DNA of 64,000 bases from Thainema sp. GTDB taxonomy: Bacteria; Cyanobacteriota; Cyanobacteriia; Phormidesmidales; Phormidesmidaceae. The stretch covers positions 1 to 64,000 of the forward strand of contig JBQLZK010000037.1 of the NCBI GenBank assembly GCA_052168235.1, read 5' to 3'. Below, in pieces: positions 1 to 9,992 of this stretch (the stretch's first letter is position 1; each line of letters starts with the position of its first letter). The notes below the pieces were generated by a model. That model worked only from the letters and a program-made list of their open reading frames with translations. It ran no database searches and had not been told where the DNA came from. Position numbers and translations under genes: made by a program.

Positions 1-134
1 ACGTAATTGACCTCCTTTCGACTTGACTTTTAAGATAATCGCTCTCGCCTCACTTCTTTACAGCCCCTTTCCCCCAATCTTCGATACACTAAAGACCGAA
101 TTCCCTAGACAGTCACGAAGTTGAGTGGATTCTG

Positions 135-647
135 ATGCCGCGTCGGATTAACCCTAAATGTTTAGCCTGTGCCCAGTTAACTGCTGATGAAGCTAAGCAG
201 ATGCATGGGGCAGATGGAGATAACTGCTGGAATGAGCAGCGGTGCCCTCGTAAGCGATCGCACTATCGACATCGACGAGATAACAATGCCAAGCGACGAG
301 TTGAGCGGCAGCAGTCGGTGGCTCAGGTTACTGTAGAAGAATTGGCGGTTCCTGTTTCAGCTCCGACTGTGGCCTATTTGTATCTGTACCGAGCCAAGCG
401 GCAGGATGCGCCCCTACATGCGATCGCAGTTTCGGTGTGGCAGGGCAGCCAGCGAATCATGGAAATTGAGCCGATTCACTGTGCGGGGTTGCGGAATCGC
501 CAGATTAACCAGTACCTCAAGGACGTGTTGACTCAGCTTGAGGAGCGGTTCGGCATTAGCGAGTTTGAGTCTCAAGTGCGGCTGGAACCAGAAGAATGTC
601 CGGTTGCTCAGTGTCCTCTACGGCATTCGCCAGGAGCGGTAGGGTGA
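135..647 (+). CDS. Hypothetical Cys-rich protein, possible Zn-binding (CxxC..C..C at the N-terminus, CxxxxC at the C-terminus)
   Basis: 170-aa ORF with CLAC, NCW..RC and ECPVAQC motifs and a basic stretch (RKRSHYRHRR). Its stop overlaps the next start (GTGA 644-647). Confidence 0.75.
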   Translation: MPRRINPKCLACAQLTADEAKQMHGADGDNCWNEQRCPRKRSHYRHRRDNNAKRRVERQQSVAQVTVEELAVPVSAPTVAYLYLYRAKRQDAPLHAIAVSVWQGSQRIMEIEPIHCAGLRNRQINQYLKDVLTQLEERFGISEFESQVRLEPEECPVAQCPLRHSPGAVG

Positions 648-1309
648 AGCGGCAGGATCTAGAGCAGCAGTTTAAGGCAACTCTGAGTGAGGCGCAGTCA
701 GATCTAGAGAGCTTTGATTTGCGGCTGCTGTGGGATGCTCTAGAGCAGGAGTTGGTGACATTGCCGAATCTGGATCAACTGCGGCTAGCGGGTGTCATCG
801 TGGCAGAACTGGCGGAGATCTATCAGGCAAAAGCGGCCCAAATTTTTGATGATTGGGAAGAAGGCTACAACACGGAAGGCCCAATTCCAACAGATGGTTT
901 GTTAGAGGGGATTCGAGTACGTCAGTCGCAGCATGTGGATGTTTCGACCCTAGTGCGATCGCGCCGTCGTCGTACTGAAAAAAAGCCCGCCTATCAGCCT
1001 GATTCCGTGGCGCAACCGACCGACAAGGCCGAAATTTTGGCAATGGCCGACGAGATAGAGGCGGCACGTCCTCTGGCAGTGGCTCACGTTGAAGATGTGT
1101 CGGCTTGGGTTAAAGTCATTGCAACCTACCTGTGTCAACAGTCATCAACAGCCATTTCGTTCACTCAGCTTCAGCAAGCGCTTAATCTGTCCCTGATTGA
1201 AATTTGGTTAGGCTTGCTGCTCGGTGGCTATCAGCTCGAGCAGCAAGGTGAATTCTATACGCAGCACAATATTTGGATTCGCAATCAGCATCACCATTCG
1301 GGCGATTAA
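644..1309 (+). CDS. Hypothetical protein with ScpA/kleisin-like sequence pattern
   Basis: GTG start at 644 is coupled to the upstream TGA. The N-terminal segment LRLAGVIVAELAEIYQAKA and the C-terminal segment ISFTQL..LIEIWLGLL..LEQQGEFYTQHNIWI resemble the ScpA N-helix and C-terminal winged helix (by eye only). Confidence 0.6.
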   Translation: MKRQDLEQQFKATLSEAQSDLESFDLRLLWDALEQELVTLPNLDQLRLAGVIVAELAEIYQAKAAQIFDDWEEGYNTEGPIPTDGLLEGIRVRQSQHVDVSTLVRSRRRRTEKKPAYQPDSVAQPTDKAEILAMADEIEAARPLAVAHVEDVSAWVKVIATYLCQQSSTAISFTQLQQALNLSLIEIWLGLLLGGYQLEQQGEFYTQHNIWIRNQHHHSGD

Positions 1310-1506
1310 AACCTCAAGTTGGATTCAGTTATTTCTACCGATGCTTTTTAAAGCAGACTAGGGAACTCTGAAGATACAAATCCGTGGTTATTGGGTACTG
1401 ACGGTCGTTCCTTCATTGAGGCTTAATGTTGGCACGGTCAGTCTGTCAAATGACGTAACGTTGTGTATTCCCTGTTTTGCCTGTTCCCTGATTGTTGAAG
1501 CAGATC

Positions 1507-4437
1507 ATGATTTCTCATTCTATTCCTCAACTCTTTGCTGTTGATCCAGCTTGCGATCGCACTCCGGCGCTGCTTGCTCAGCAAACGCATTTGTTTTGGC
1601 AGCTACTTGAGCAGTCTGCCGATGCCACGCTACTTTGGCATGATCAGCGACTCGTGTTCTGCAATCAGGCGGCGGTTGATTTGTTGGGATATGCAGAGCG
1701 AGCGGAGTTACTTCAGCAAACCTTCTGGCAGCTTTCACCCACGCAGCAACCTAGCGGTCATGACTCCAGAGAGCAGGCTTTGCTGATGATCAATATTGCA
1801 GCGCAGACGGGACATCATCGCTTTGAGTGGTGGTATGAACAGGCGGATGGTGAGGTATTACCCGTCGAGATTACGCTAACCGCTGTTACGCTAGATGCGA
1901 ACACGACCATTTTTCAAGCCGTTTGTCGGGATATCCGCGATCGCAAACAAGCTGAGGCAGCACTACAGGCAAGTGAAGCAAGCTTCCGGCAGATTCTGGA
2001 TGCGATTGCTGATTTGGTGCTAGTCAAAGGTGAAAAGTCCAAAATTGTCTGGGCCAATCAAGCCTTTCGTGATTATTACGGCATGAGCAACGAGGAGCTA
2101 CAGGGATTAATTGACGCACCATTTAACGAACCCGACTATACGCAGCAGTATGTTAAAGACGATGCCCATGTATTCATGACCGGCAAGCGACTAGAAGTGG
2201 AAGAACCTGTCACTCGACACGATGGTGAGGTGCGGCTATTCAATACCATTAAAGCGCCCATCCGCGATCGGGATGGGTCTGTGACAATGACGGTCGGTGT
2301 CTCGCGAGACATCACCGATCAGCGGGCAGTGCAAAATGACGTGAGGCAAAGCCAGAAACTCTTGCAAGCGCTGATTGACAATACCAATGCCTGCATCTTT
2401 ATCAAAGATTACCGTCACCAGGACGGCAATTATATTCTGGTGAATAAGCAATTTGAACAAATCTTTGGTCGCGATCGCAGTGAAATTGAAGGCAAAAGTG
2501 ATTATGATTTCTTTCCTAAAGAGGCGGCGGATCAGTTTTATGAAACCGATTTAGAAGTTTTGCGGAATCGGCAGTTGGTGCAGATGGAAGAAGATGTGCC
2601 ACAGGCGGACGGTATGCATATTTATCTATCAACCAAGTTTCCGCTAGTTGACGATGATGGAGAACCTTATGCGCTCTGCGGTATTGCCACCGATATTACG
2701 GCTCGCAAACAAGCTGAAGAGCAGCTTCTGGAGTCTCGGCAACTGCTGCGTCATGTGATCGACAATATTCCCCAGGCAATTTTCTGGAAAGATCGCCGCT
2801 CAGTTTACTTGGGCTGCAACCGCAATTTTGCTCAAGCGGCTGGCTTGGCTCATCCCCGTGACATCATTGGTCTAACGGATAGCGACTTGCCCTGGACGCC
2901 TGAGGAAGCCGAGTTTTACCGCAGTAATGATCAACAGGTGATGGATTCCGGACAGGCGCAGTATCACCTACTGGAATCTCAGCAGCAATCTGACGGTAAG
3001 CAGATTTGGTGTGATACGAATAAAATCCCGCTGTTTGATGCTGACGGTCAGGTCATGGGTCTTTTGGGGACATTTGAAGACATCACGGCCCGTAAGCAAA
3101 TTGAAGAAGATCTGCATGAGAGTAAGCAACTGCTGGAACTGGTGCTGGATGCCATGCCACAGTACACATTTTGGAAGAGCAAAGATTCGGTATATCTGGG
3201 CTGCAATCGTCGCTTTGCCCAATTAACGGGAGTTGGTGAGCCGGAGCACATCTTCGGAAAAACTGATTATGACCTGCCGTTTTCCCAAGCAGAAGCTGAT
3301 TGGTATATCGAACTGGATCGGCGAGTGATGACCAGTGATCAGCCTATCTATAACGTAATTGAGCCGCAGCAGCACCATAAAGATGGTCGCCAGCGCTGGT
3401 CAGAAACGAACAAAATTCCGCTACATGACCAAGACGGCAATGTAATTGGCATTTTGGGCACGTTTCAAGATGTAACTGAGCGAATTGAGGCTCAAGAAGC
3501 GCTGCAGCGATCGGAGGCGGAGCTGCGGCAAAAAGCGGAGGAGCTAGAGCATCTAGTTAGAGAACTGCGGCGTACCCAGGCGCAACTGGTGCAAACTGAA
3601 AAAATGTCGAGTCTGGGTCAACTGGTGGCGGGGATTGCCCACGAAATTAATAACCCAGTCAATTTTATTCACGGCAATGTGGGCCATGCGCGTGCCTATA
3701 TTCAAGATTTAATTGACATCATCCAAGCCTATCAATTCCATTATCCCAACCCCCATGCCGAAGTCGAAGATCTGATTGAAGCGGTCGATTTAGAGTTTTT
3801 GCTAGAAGACTTGCCCAATCTGCTCAGCTCTATGCAGGTTGGAGCCGATCGGATTCGCGATATCGTCGCGTCGCTGCGTACGTTCTCCCGGTTGGACGAA
3901 GCGGAAGTCAAAGATGTCGATATTCATGCTGGCATCGATAGCACGCTGATGATTTTACATAACCGACTGAAGGCCAAATCCGATCGGCCAGAGATTGCGG
4001 TTCATAAACACTATGGCGCGCTGCCCGATGTGGAATGCTATGCCGGACAGCTCAATCAGGTGTTCATGAATATTTTGGTTAACGCGATCGATGCGCTGGA
4101 AGAGCGAGATCGCAACCGCAGTTTAGAGGAAATGACCGACAGTCCCAGCCAACTTTGGATCACGACGCAGGTGACAGCGGATCAAGCTGCCATTCGTATT
4201 GCGATTCGTGACAACGGGCCAGGTATTCCAGACTATGTGCTGCCGCGCATTTTTGATCCGTTCTTCACCACTAAGCCTGTAGGCAAAGGAACGGGACTGG
4301 GCATGTCGATTAGCTATCAGGTAGTGGTCGATAAGCATGGGGGACGACTAACCTGCTCGTCTGTGGTTGGAGAAGGCAGCGAATTTGTGATTGAGATTCC
4401 GGTGCGGCGGGTGAGAGCAATTGCAAATCCTGAATAG
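1507..4437 (+). CDS. Cytoplasmic multi-PAS (about 5 PAS/PAC) sensor histidine kinase
   Basis: Repeated PAC ends (RDIRDRK, RDITDQR, DITARKQ twice, QDVTER), H-box LVAGIAHEINNP, N-box QVFMNILVNAIDA, G-boxes DNGPGI/FFTTKPVGKGTGLG. No transmembrane segment. The ATG at 1507 is in frame with the 1492 ORF. Confidence 0.95.
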   Translation: MISHSIPQLFAVDPACDRTPALLAQQTHLFWQLLEQSADATLLWHDQRLVFCNQAAVDLLGYAERAELLQQTFWQLSPTQQPSGHDSREQALLMINIAAQTGHHRFEWWYEQADGEVLPVEITLTAVTLDANTTIFQAVCRDIRDRKQAEAALQASEASFRQILDAIADLVLVKGEKSKIVWANQAFRDYYGMSNEELQGLIDAPFNEPDYTQQYVKDDAHVFMTGKRLEVEEPVTRHDGEVRLFNTIKAPIRDRDGSVTMTVGVSRDITDQRAVQNDVRQSQKLLQALIDNTNACIFIKDYRHQDGNYILVNKQFEQIFGRDRSEIEGKSDYDFFPKEAADQFYETDLEVLRNRQLVQMEEDVPQADGMHIYLSTKFPLVDDDGEPYALCGIATDITARKQAEEQLLESRQLLRHVIDNIPQAIFWKDRRSVYLGCNRNFAQAAGLAHPRDIIGLTDSDLPWTPEEAEFYRSNDQQVMDSGQAQYHLLESQQQSDGKQIWCDTNKIPLFDADGQVMGLLGTFEDITARKQIEEDLHESKQLLELVLDAMPQYTFWKSKDSVYLGCNRRFAQLTGVGEPEHIFGKTDYDLPFSQAEADWYIELDRRVMTSDQPIYNVIEPQQHHKDGRQRWSETNKIPLHDQDGNVIGILGTFQDVTERIEAQEALQRSEAELRQKAEELEHLVRELRRTQAQLVQTEKMSSLGQLVAGIAHEINNPVNFIHGNVGHARAYIQDLIDIIQAYQFHYPNPHAEVEDLIEAVDLEFLLEDLPNLLSSMQVGADRIRDIVASLRTFSRLDEAEVKDVDIHAGIDSTLMILHNRLKAKSDRPEIAVHKHYGALPDVECYAGQLNQVFMNILVNAIDALEERDRNRSLEEMTDSPSQLWITTQVTADQAAIRIAIRDNGPGIPDYVLPRIFDPFFTTKPVGKGTGLGMSISYQVVVDKHGGRLTCSSVVGEGSEFVIEIPVRRVRAIANPE

Positions 4438-4582
4438 AATGGGTAAGATCTGGTCTTACTCAGCACTCAACACCTTTTTATCCTTTAATCTGCGCTTAAC
4501 CCGTTGATGAAACGCTAGATGAGTTGTTCCGTTCACTTTGGCTAACGAATCTATACCAAGCCTGTGTATAAGAATTTGACGG

Positions 4583-4631
4583 TTTATTGGTTATGAAAGC
4601 TTGACCTAGCCAAGCTTTCATAACCAATAAA
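4583..4631. repeat. Perfect 21-bp inverted repeat with 7-nt loop
   Basis: TTTATTGGTTATGAAAGCTTG-ACCTAGC-CAAGCTTTCATAACCAATAAA. Confidence 0.9.
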
Positions 4632-4684
4632 TTATTGGGTTTCCCCGGACTTCGTGTTAGCTATTCAACAAAAGGAAAGCGTTT

Positions 4685-7408
4685 ATGAATGCAGAACGGC
4701 AACGGTTGCAGGCTACCAAAGCGAATCAGCAGCTCTGGAAAAAGTGGGGGCCTTATCTGAGTGAGCGGCAGTGGGGGACTGTGCGTGAAGACTACAGCGA
4801 TAATGGCGATGCCTGGAGCTACTTTCCCCATGATCATGCTCGCTCTCGCGCCTATCACTGGGGCGAAGATGGTTTGGGTGGCATCAGTGATGATCATCAA
4901 CTGCTCTGTTTTGCGATCGCACTTTGGAATGGCAATGACCCGATTTTGAAAGAGCGGCTGTTTGGCCTGACTAACAGCGAAGGCAATCACGGGGAAGACG
5001 TGAAGGAGTATTACTTTTATCTGGATAGCTCCCCCACTCACGCCTACATGAAGTATCTCTACAAGTATCCCCAGCAGGCGTTTCCGTACGAGGATTTAGT
5101 CCAAACCAACTTCCATCGCAGCCGAGACGAGCTGGAGTATGAGCTGCTGGATACGGGCATTTTTGATGACGATCGCTATTTCGATGTGTTTGTGGAATAT
5201 GCCAAGCGCGATCCAGAGGATATTCTGATCAAAATTTCCGTTGCCAATCGCGGGCCGGACGCAGCACCGATTCACCTGTTGCCGACACTGTGGTTTCGCA
5301 ATACCTGGTCTTGGGCAGAGGGTGGCTCGAAGCCAGTTCTGCAAAAGCTGGAGGGCAAAGGGTACAGCGCTGTTCAAGCCTGTCTGACAGATGAGTTGCT
5401 CAAGACCCGTCTGGGTGATTACGTGCTGCACTGCGATCGCGTGGTTCCGTTACTCTTTACTGACAACGAAACGAATAATAAACGGCTGTTTGGATCAGAA
5501 AATGACGGTTCCCATGTGAAAGACGGCATTAATGATTACATTGTGAACGGCCAGCAAGAGGCTGTTAACCTGAAAGCGATCGGCACCAAAGTCTCTGCCC
5601 ACTATACTCTCACGGTTCAGCCGGGAGCCACGGAAGTGGTTCACTTAAGACTGTCAGCGGCTAATTTAGATGTCCAAAATCCGTTTGATGATTTCGATTC
5701 AATCTTTTCGATCCGAAAGAAAGAAACGGATGAGTTCTATGATTCGATTACGCCTGCCGCAGTGAAAGCCAACTGCGATCGCACCAATATTTTTCGGCAA
5801 GCACTGGCAGGCATGATGTGGACGAAGCAGTACTTCTACTATGACGTTGATCAGTGGCTAGAGGAACACGGTGTTTCGCCCTGGGTGGGAGCGGCGCAGA
5901 AAAGCCAAGTGCGCAACAGCAGTTGGTATCACATGCTCAATGACGATGTGATTTCAATGCCCGATAAGTGGGAATATCCTTGGTATGCGGCCTGGGATCT
6001 GGCGTTTCACATGCTGCCGATTGGCCTGATTGATCTAGACTTTGCCAAAAAGCAGCTCACGCTGATGCTGCAAGAACACTATCTTCATCCCAACGGCCAA
6101 ATTCCGGCCTATGAGTGGAATTTTAGTGACGTAAACCCACCCGTCCACGCCTGGGCCATTTGGGAAACCTATGTCCACGAGAAAACCTGCAACAACGGTG
6201 TGGGGGATGTTGAGTTTCTGAAGTATGCCTTCTCCAAGCTGCTGATTAACTTTACCTGGTGGGTGAACCGTAAGGATACGGGCGGCAACAATGTGTTTGA
6301 AGGTGGTTTTCTGGGCCTGGACAATATTGGCGTGTTCGATCGCAGTTCGCCGCTGCCCACAGGTGGCTATCTGGAACAGGCGGACGGCACGGCCTGGATG
6401 GCTTTTTTCAGCCAGCGGATGCTGCAAATTGCGATTGAGCTGGCGCTGTACGATCCGATCTATGAAGACATGGCGATCAAGTTTTTTGAACATACCATGT
6501 GGATTGCAGGCGCAATGGATCGAATTGGCGAGCATCAAGATGAACTCTGGGATGAAGCTGATGGCTTTTTCTATGATGTGCTGCGCTTTCCTGATGGCAG
6601 CGCCACCCGAATCAAGGTGCGCTCAATGGTGGGTTTGTTAACCCTAATGGCTGTAGCCGTTTTCCCGCCGGAAGCATTTGCGACGCTGCCCACGTTTCGA
6701 GAACGGGTGCAGTTTTTCCTCAACCGCTATCCCGAACTGACCCACGGGTTGCACTTGCCCACAGAACCCGGTTGGCAGGGACGACGGATGCTGGCAGTTG
6801 TCAACGAAGCGAAGCTGCGCCGCATTCTAGCCTATCTGCTGGATGAAACCGAGTTCCTGAGTGATTACGGCATTCGTTCCTTATCCAAATACCACAAAGG
6901 TCATCCCTATGTGTTCTATCAAGGGCGGCAAGCCTATCGAGTGGAGTATTTACCGGGTGATTCCAATACCGGCATGTTTGGCGGCAACTCCAACTGGCGC
7001 GGCCCCATTTGGATGCCCGTGAACTTGCTGCTGTTGCGATCGCTCCTTCAGCTCTATGGCTACTACGGCGATGATTTTAAGGTGGAATGTCCTACCGGAT
7101 CGGGTAACTACGTCACGCTCTTTGATGCTGCGGCTGAAATTGCCAATCGCTTAATCGGGATTTTCGCGAAAGATCAAGCCGGTAAACGAGCTGTCTATGG
7201 CGCAACGGAGAAGTTTCAAACCGACCCGCACTGGCAAGATCTGATTCTGTTCTACGAGTATTTCCACGGCGACAACGGTGCAGGCATCGGCGCAAGCCAC
7301 CAAACGGGCTGGACAGGCTGCATCGCCAGCATCATTCAAACGTCCGGCTATCTCACTAAGGAAATTATGCGAACTTCTGGCCCTGGACGATTTATTCCCA
7401 AACAATAA
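4685..7408 (+). CDS. MGH1-like / GH63-family glucosidase
   Basis: WGPYLSERQWGTVREDYS, SMPDKWEYPWYAAWDLAFH, GGNSNWRGPIW and FYEYFHGDNGAGIGASHQTGWTG motifs. Confidence 0.9.
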   Translation: MNAERQRLQATKANQQLWKKWGPYLSERQWGTVREDYSDNGDAWSYFPHDHARSRAYHWGEDGLGGISDDHQLLCFAIALWNGNDPILKERLFGLTNSEGNHGEDVKEYYFYLDSSPTHAYMKYLYKYPQQAFPYEDLVQTNFHRSRDELEYELLDTGIFDDDRYFDVFVEYAKRDPEDILIKISVANRGPDAAPIHLLPTLWFRNTWSWAEGGSKPVLQKLEGKGYSAVQACLTDELLKTRLGDYVLHCDRVVPLLFTDNETNNKRLFGSENDGSHVKDGINDYIVNGQQEAVNLKAIGTKVSAHYTLTVQPGATEVVHLRLSAANLDVQNPFDDFDSIFSIRKKETDEFYDSITPAAVKANCDRTNIFRQALAGMMWTKQYFYYDVDQWLEEHGVSPWVGAAQKSQVRNSSWYHMLNDDVISMPDKWEYPWYAAWDLAFHMLPIGLIDLDFAKKQLTLMLQEHYLHPNGQIPAYEWNFSDVNPPVHAWAIWETYVHEKTCNNGVGDVEFLKYAFSKLLINFTWWVNRKDTGGNNVFEGGFLGLDNIGVFDRSSPLPTGGYLEQADGTAWMAFFSQRMLQIAIELALYDPIYEDMAIKFFEHTMWIAGAMDRIGEHQDELWDEADGFFYDVLRFPDGSATRIKVRSMVGLLTLMAVAVFPPEAFATLPTFRERVQFFLNRYPELTHGLHLPTEPGWQGRRMLAVVNEAKLRRILAYLLDETEFLSDYGIRSLSKYHKGHPYVFYQGRQAYRVEYLPGDSNTGMFGGNSNWRGPIWMPVNLLLLRSLLQLYGYYGDDFKVECPTGSGNYVTLFDAAAEIANRLIGIFAKDQAGKRAVYGATEKFQTDPHWQDLILFYEYFHGDNGAGIGASHQTGWTGCIASIIQTSGYLTKEIMRTSGPGRFIPKQ

Positions 7409-7432
7409 ACCAAGCAGTTGCAGAGGTTGAGA

Positions 7433-7741
7433 TTAAAAATCTTCACAAAACCCCAACCAAACATCTGCCCCCAAATCAACTAGCTCCAAGAGAGCTTCGA
7501 CGATTTGAGCAGTCTGTCCTTGTAGTTGTAGATCAAACCATCCATCTTCTTGTCCATTAATCCCAAGTAATGCACCATTAATATTCACAGCAAGACTATG
7601 GTGACTAACCAGATTATTAATTAGCGGTCGGGAGTGGTAAGTCTTGGGAACTCGAACTTGAACTCGCGTCTGGGCTGGTTTATCAGCTGTTTGCAAATAA
7701 GCCAGCTCACGCTTCAATGTGGTAGATGGTGAATTAAACAT
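7433..7741 (-). CDS. NIL-domain protein
   Basis: RVPKTYHSRPLI..L..VNI.GALLG...DGWFDLQLQG pattern. Last gene of the sulfate transport operon. Confidence 0.75.
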   Translation of the reverse strand: MFNSPSTTLKRELAYLQTADKPAQTRVQVRVPKTYHSRPLINNLVSHHSLAVNINGALLGINGQEDGWFDLQLQGQTAQIVEALLELVDLGADVWLGFCEDF

Positions 7742-7769
7742 GATGATTCAAACTCCTCGTAAACGCTAT

Positions 7770-8135
7770 TCATAAATGGGTAGTTGAGTGGACAATGTAT
7801 AGAACTCCACTACCAATGATTGTGACAACTAAACTAAATACAATTATCCAATGACTATTTGGCTCGTAACAGTGATGTTCAATAGCCTGAAGTACTGAAA
7901 AGTAATGCCATGTCGAGAGCCATACAGTGACTAACCCAATGCAGCATAAACTTAATCCCAATAGCCAACTATGCCCAGTGCCTGATGAGCCAGGAGAAAC
8001 GAGATATCGCAAACGGGCGATGAGCAGTCCAAACCCCACAAGAGCGATCGCAGTTCTCATCCAGGCTAAATAGGTTCGTTCATTGGCTAGATGATCACGG
8101 GTGCGCGAGGTAAATTCAGATTTGATCAGGGACAT
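7770..8135 (-). CDS. YidH / DUF202 family membrane protein
   Basis: RDHLANERTYLAWMRTAIAL signature and three hydrophobic helices. Confidence 0.9.
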   Translation of the reverse strand: MSLIKSEFTSRTRDHLANERTYLAWMRTAIALVGFGLLIARLRYLVSPGSSGTGHSWLLGLSLCCIGLVTVWLSTWHYFSVLQAIEHHCYEPNSHWIIVFSLVVTIIGSGVLYIVHSTTHL

Positions 8136-8138
8136 CTC

Positions 8139-9014
8139 TCAATGGCCTCTATGATGAACTCCGGCATTGCGTTCCAGAAAGTGCTTGAGTACCAGGGTAA
8201 CAATCGCCAAACAGGCCAGCAGCACAGCGGCACTATAGGCTGATTGGGTGTTGTACTGGATATAAGCCTCTTCAACGTAAAGGGGCAAGGTCTGAGTTTT
8301 GCCGGAGATATTGCCGGAGACTACCGCAACCGCACCAAATTCGCCCATCGCACGGGCATTGCAGAGAATCAGGCCATATAGCAAACTCCATTTAATAGAC
8401 GGCAGGGTAACTCGCCAGAACGTTTGCCAGGAAGAAGCGCCCAGGGTGTGGGCCGCTTCTTCCTGATCGGTGCCGTTTTCTTCTAGTGCCGGAAGCACCT
8501 CGCGGGCAATGAAGGGCATGGTGACAAAAATGGTCGCCATCACCATACCGGGTAAGGCAAAAATTACCTTGAATCCGTTGGCTTCTAACACCGGACCAAA
8601 CCAGCCCCGACTACCGTAAAGCAGCACCAGCATTAACCCGGCCACCACGGGAGAAATGGAAAAAGGTAGATCGATGATGCTAATTAGTAGCGTGCGACCA
8701 GGGAACGTTTTATGTGCGATCGCAACTGCTGCCGAGAGACCAAAAATTGTATTTAGAGGCACCGAAATTAAGGCCACAATCAACGTTAAGCCCACCGCGT
8801 GAATAAAAGGACGGCTGGTAAACGTCACTAGAAAACCCGTGATGCCGCCACTAAATGCCTGGACAAACACATTCAAAGCCGGGAGCAAAATGATCAGTGC
8901 CAGGTAGAACGTAACGAAGCCTATGAGTCCCCATTTGCGCCAGTCAATCAAGGTTGAGTGTACTTTAGTGGGAGTTGGGTTAGCGCGAGTTGGATTGATA
9001 ACAGAATTAGCCAT
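8139..9014 (-). CDS. cysW: Sulfate ABC transporter permease CysW
   Basis: IDLPFSISPVVAGL, EEAAHTLGAS (EAA loop), ARAMGEFGAV. Likely ATG at 9014 overlaps the end of cysT. Confidence 0.95.
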   Translation of the reverse strand: MANSVINPTRANPTPTKVHSTLIDWRKWGLIGFVTFYLALIILLPALNVFVQAFSGGITGFLVTFTSRPFIHAVGLTLIVALISVPLNTIFGLSAAVAIAHKTFPGRTLLISIIDLPFSISPVVAGLMLVLLYGSRGWFGPVLEANGFKVIFALPGMVMATIFVTMPFIAREVLPALEENGTDQEEAAHTLGASSWQTFWRVTLPSIKWSLLYGLILCNARAMGEFGAVAVVSGNISGKTQTLPLYVEEAYIQYNTQSAYSAAVLLACLAIVTLVLKHFLERNAGVHHRGH

Positions 9015-9849
9015 AACGTTTTCCGAGGGATTGCAGCACATTAATGAGCAATAAGATCAGTAGCGAAATCAGCAGCAGTACCGTACCAATGACGGTGGCT
9101 CCAGCATAGTCAAACTGCTCCAGTCGCTGGAAGATCAGAACTGGGGCAATCAGGTCTTGAAAGGGAATATTGCCCGCAATAATTACCACTGAGCCATATT
9201 CCCCCACGGCACGGGAAAAGCCCATCGCCACGCCAGTCAGCAGGGCTGGCAAGAGGGGTGGCAAAATCACACGCCAAAAGGTCTGCCACTCGGAGGCTCC
9301 CAGCGACCAGGCAGCTTCTTCCACCTCCGCCTCCATTTCTTGCAGGACAGGCTGTACCGTGCGCACCACAAAGGGCAGCGAAATATAGACCATAGCGACC
9401 AGCACGCCCAGACGGGTAAACGAAACTTTGATCCCCAATGGGTCGAGCAGGGAGCCGATCCAGCCGTTAGAGCTATAAAGGGTGGATAGGGTCAGACCCG
9501 CCACGGCAGTGGGCATCGCAAAGGGTAGATCGATCAGGGCATCGAGATACCGTTTGCCAGGAAACTCGTAGCGCACCAGTACCCAGGCCACAACCAGTCC
9601 GGCAACGCCATTTAGGCTAGCCGCTGCCAAGGCGGTAAGAAATGTCACATTGTAAGTGGATAAGGCGACAGGGTTCGTGGCAATCCGCCAGATTTCGTGA
9701 GCATCGAGGGTACTTGCCCGCAGTACCAGCGCCACAATCGGCAACAGCAAAAACAGAATCAGATAAACCCAAGTGATGCGCCAGGGCCAGGAAAGAGACC
9801 TGAGGCGCTGCCAAAGGTTTTGAGACGAAGCAGAATTGAAATAGGTCAT
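9007..9849 (-). CDS. cysT: Sulfate ABC transporter permease CysT
   Basis: AWVLVRYEFPGK, DLPFAMPTAVAG, EEAAWSLGA, RAVGEYGS. Confidence 0.95.
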   Translation of the reverse strand: MTYFNSASSQNLWQRLRSLSWPWRITWVYLILFLLLPIVALVLRASTLDAHEIWRIATNPVALSTYNVTFLTALAAASLNGVAGLVVAWVLVRYEFPGKRYLDALIDLPFAMPTAVAGLTLSTLYSSNGWIGSLLDPLGIKVSFTRLGVLVAMVYISLPFVVRTVQPVLQEMEAEVEEAAWSLGASEWQTFWRVILPPLLPALLTGVAMGFSRAVGEYGSVVIIAGNIPFQDLIAPVLIFQRLEQFDYAGATVIGTVLLLISLLILLLINVLQSLGKRYG

Positions 9850-9896
9850 AGACAGAATAGAAAGCAGATGAGTGAGTTAGGAAAGTTTTTAAGTTC

Positions 9897-9918
9897 AACG
9901 TTTGAACGTTCAAACGTT
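9897..9918. repeat. Perfect 22-bp palindrome in the sbp-cysT spacer
   Basis: AACGTTTGAAC|GTTCAAACGTT. Confidence 0.7.
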
Positions 9919-9992
9919 TTACAAGCGATCGCCTGCGGCTAAAAAATGAGGAACATGAACGTTCGGGTCAAAAGTTCCGTTCCCCATTCGAA

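Noticed and set aside
596..643. N-terminal extension of ORF 596..1309
   Set aside because: It overlaps the upstream gene. The GTGA coupling at 644 is the more plausible start.
4661..7405. Antisense and alternate-frame ORFs over the glucosidase (and similar ones over other long genes)
   Set aside because: They overlap genes with clear family motifs and have no independent support.
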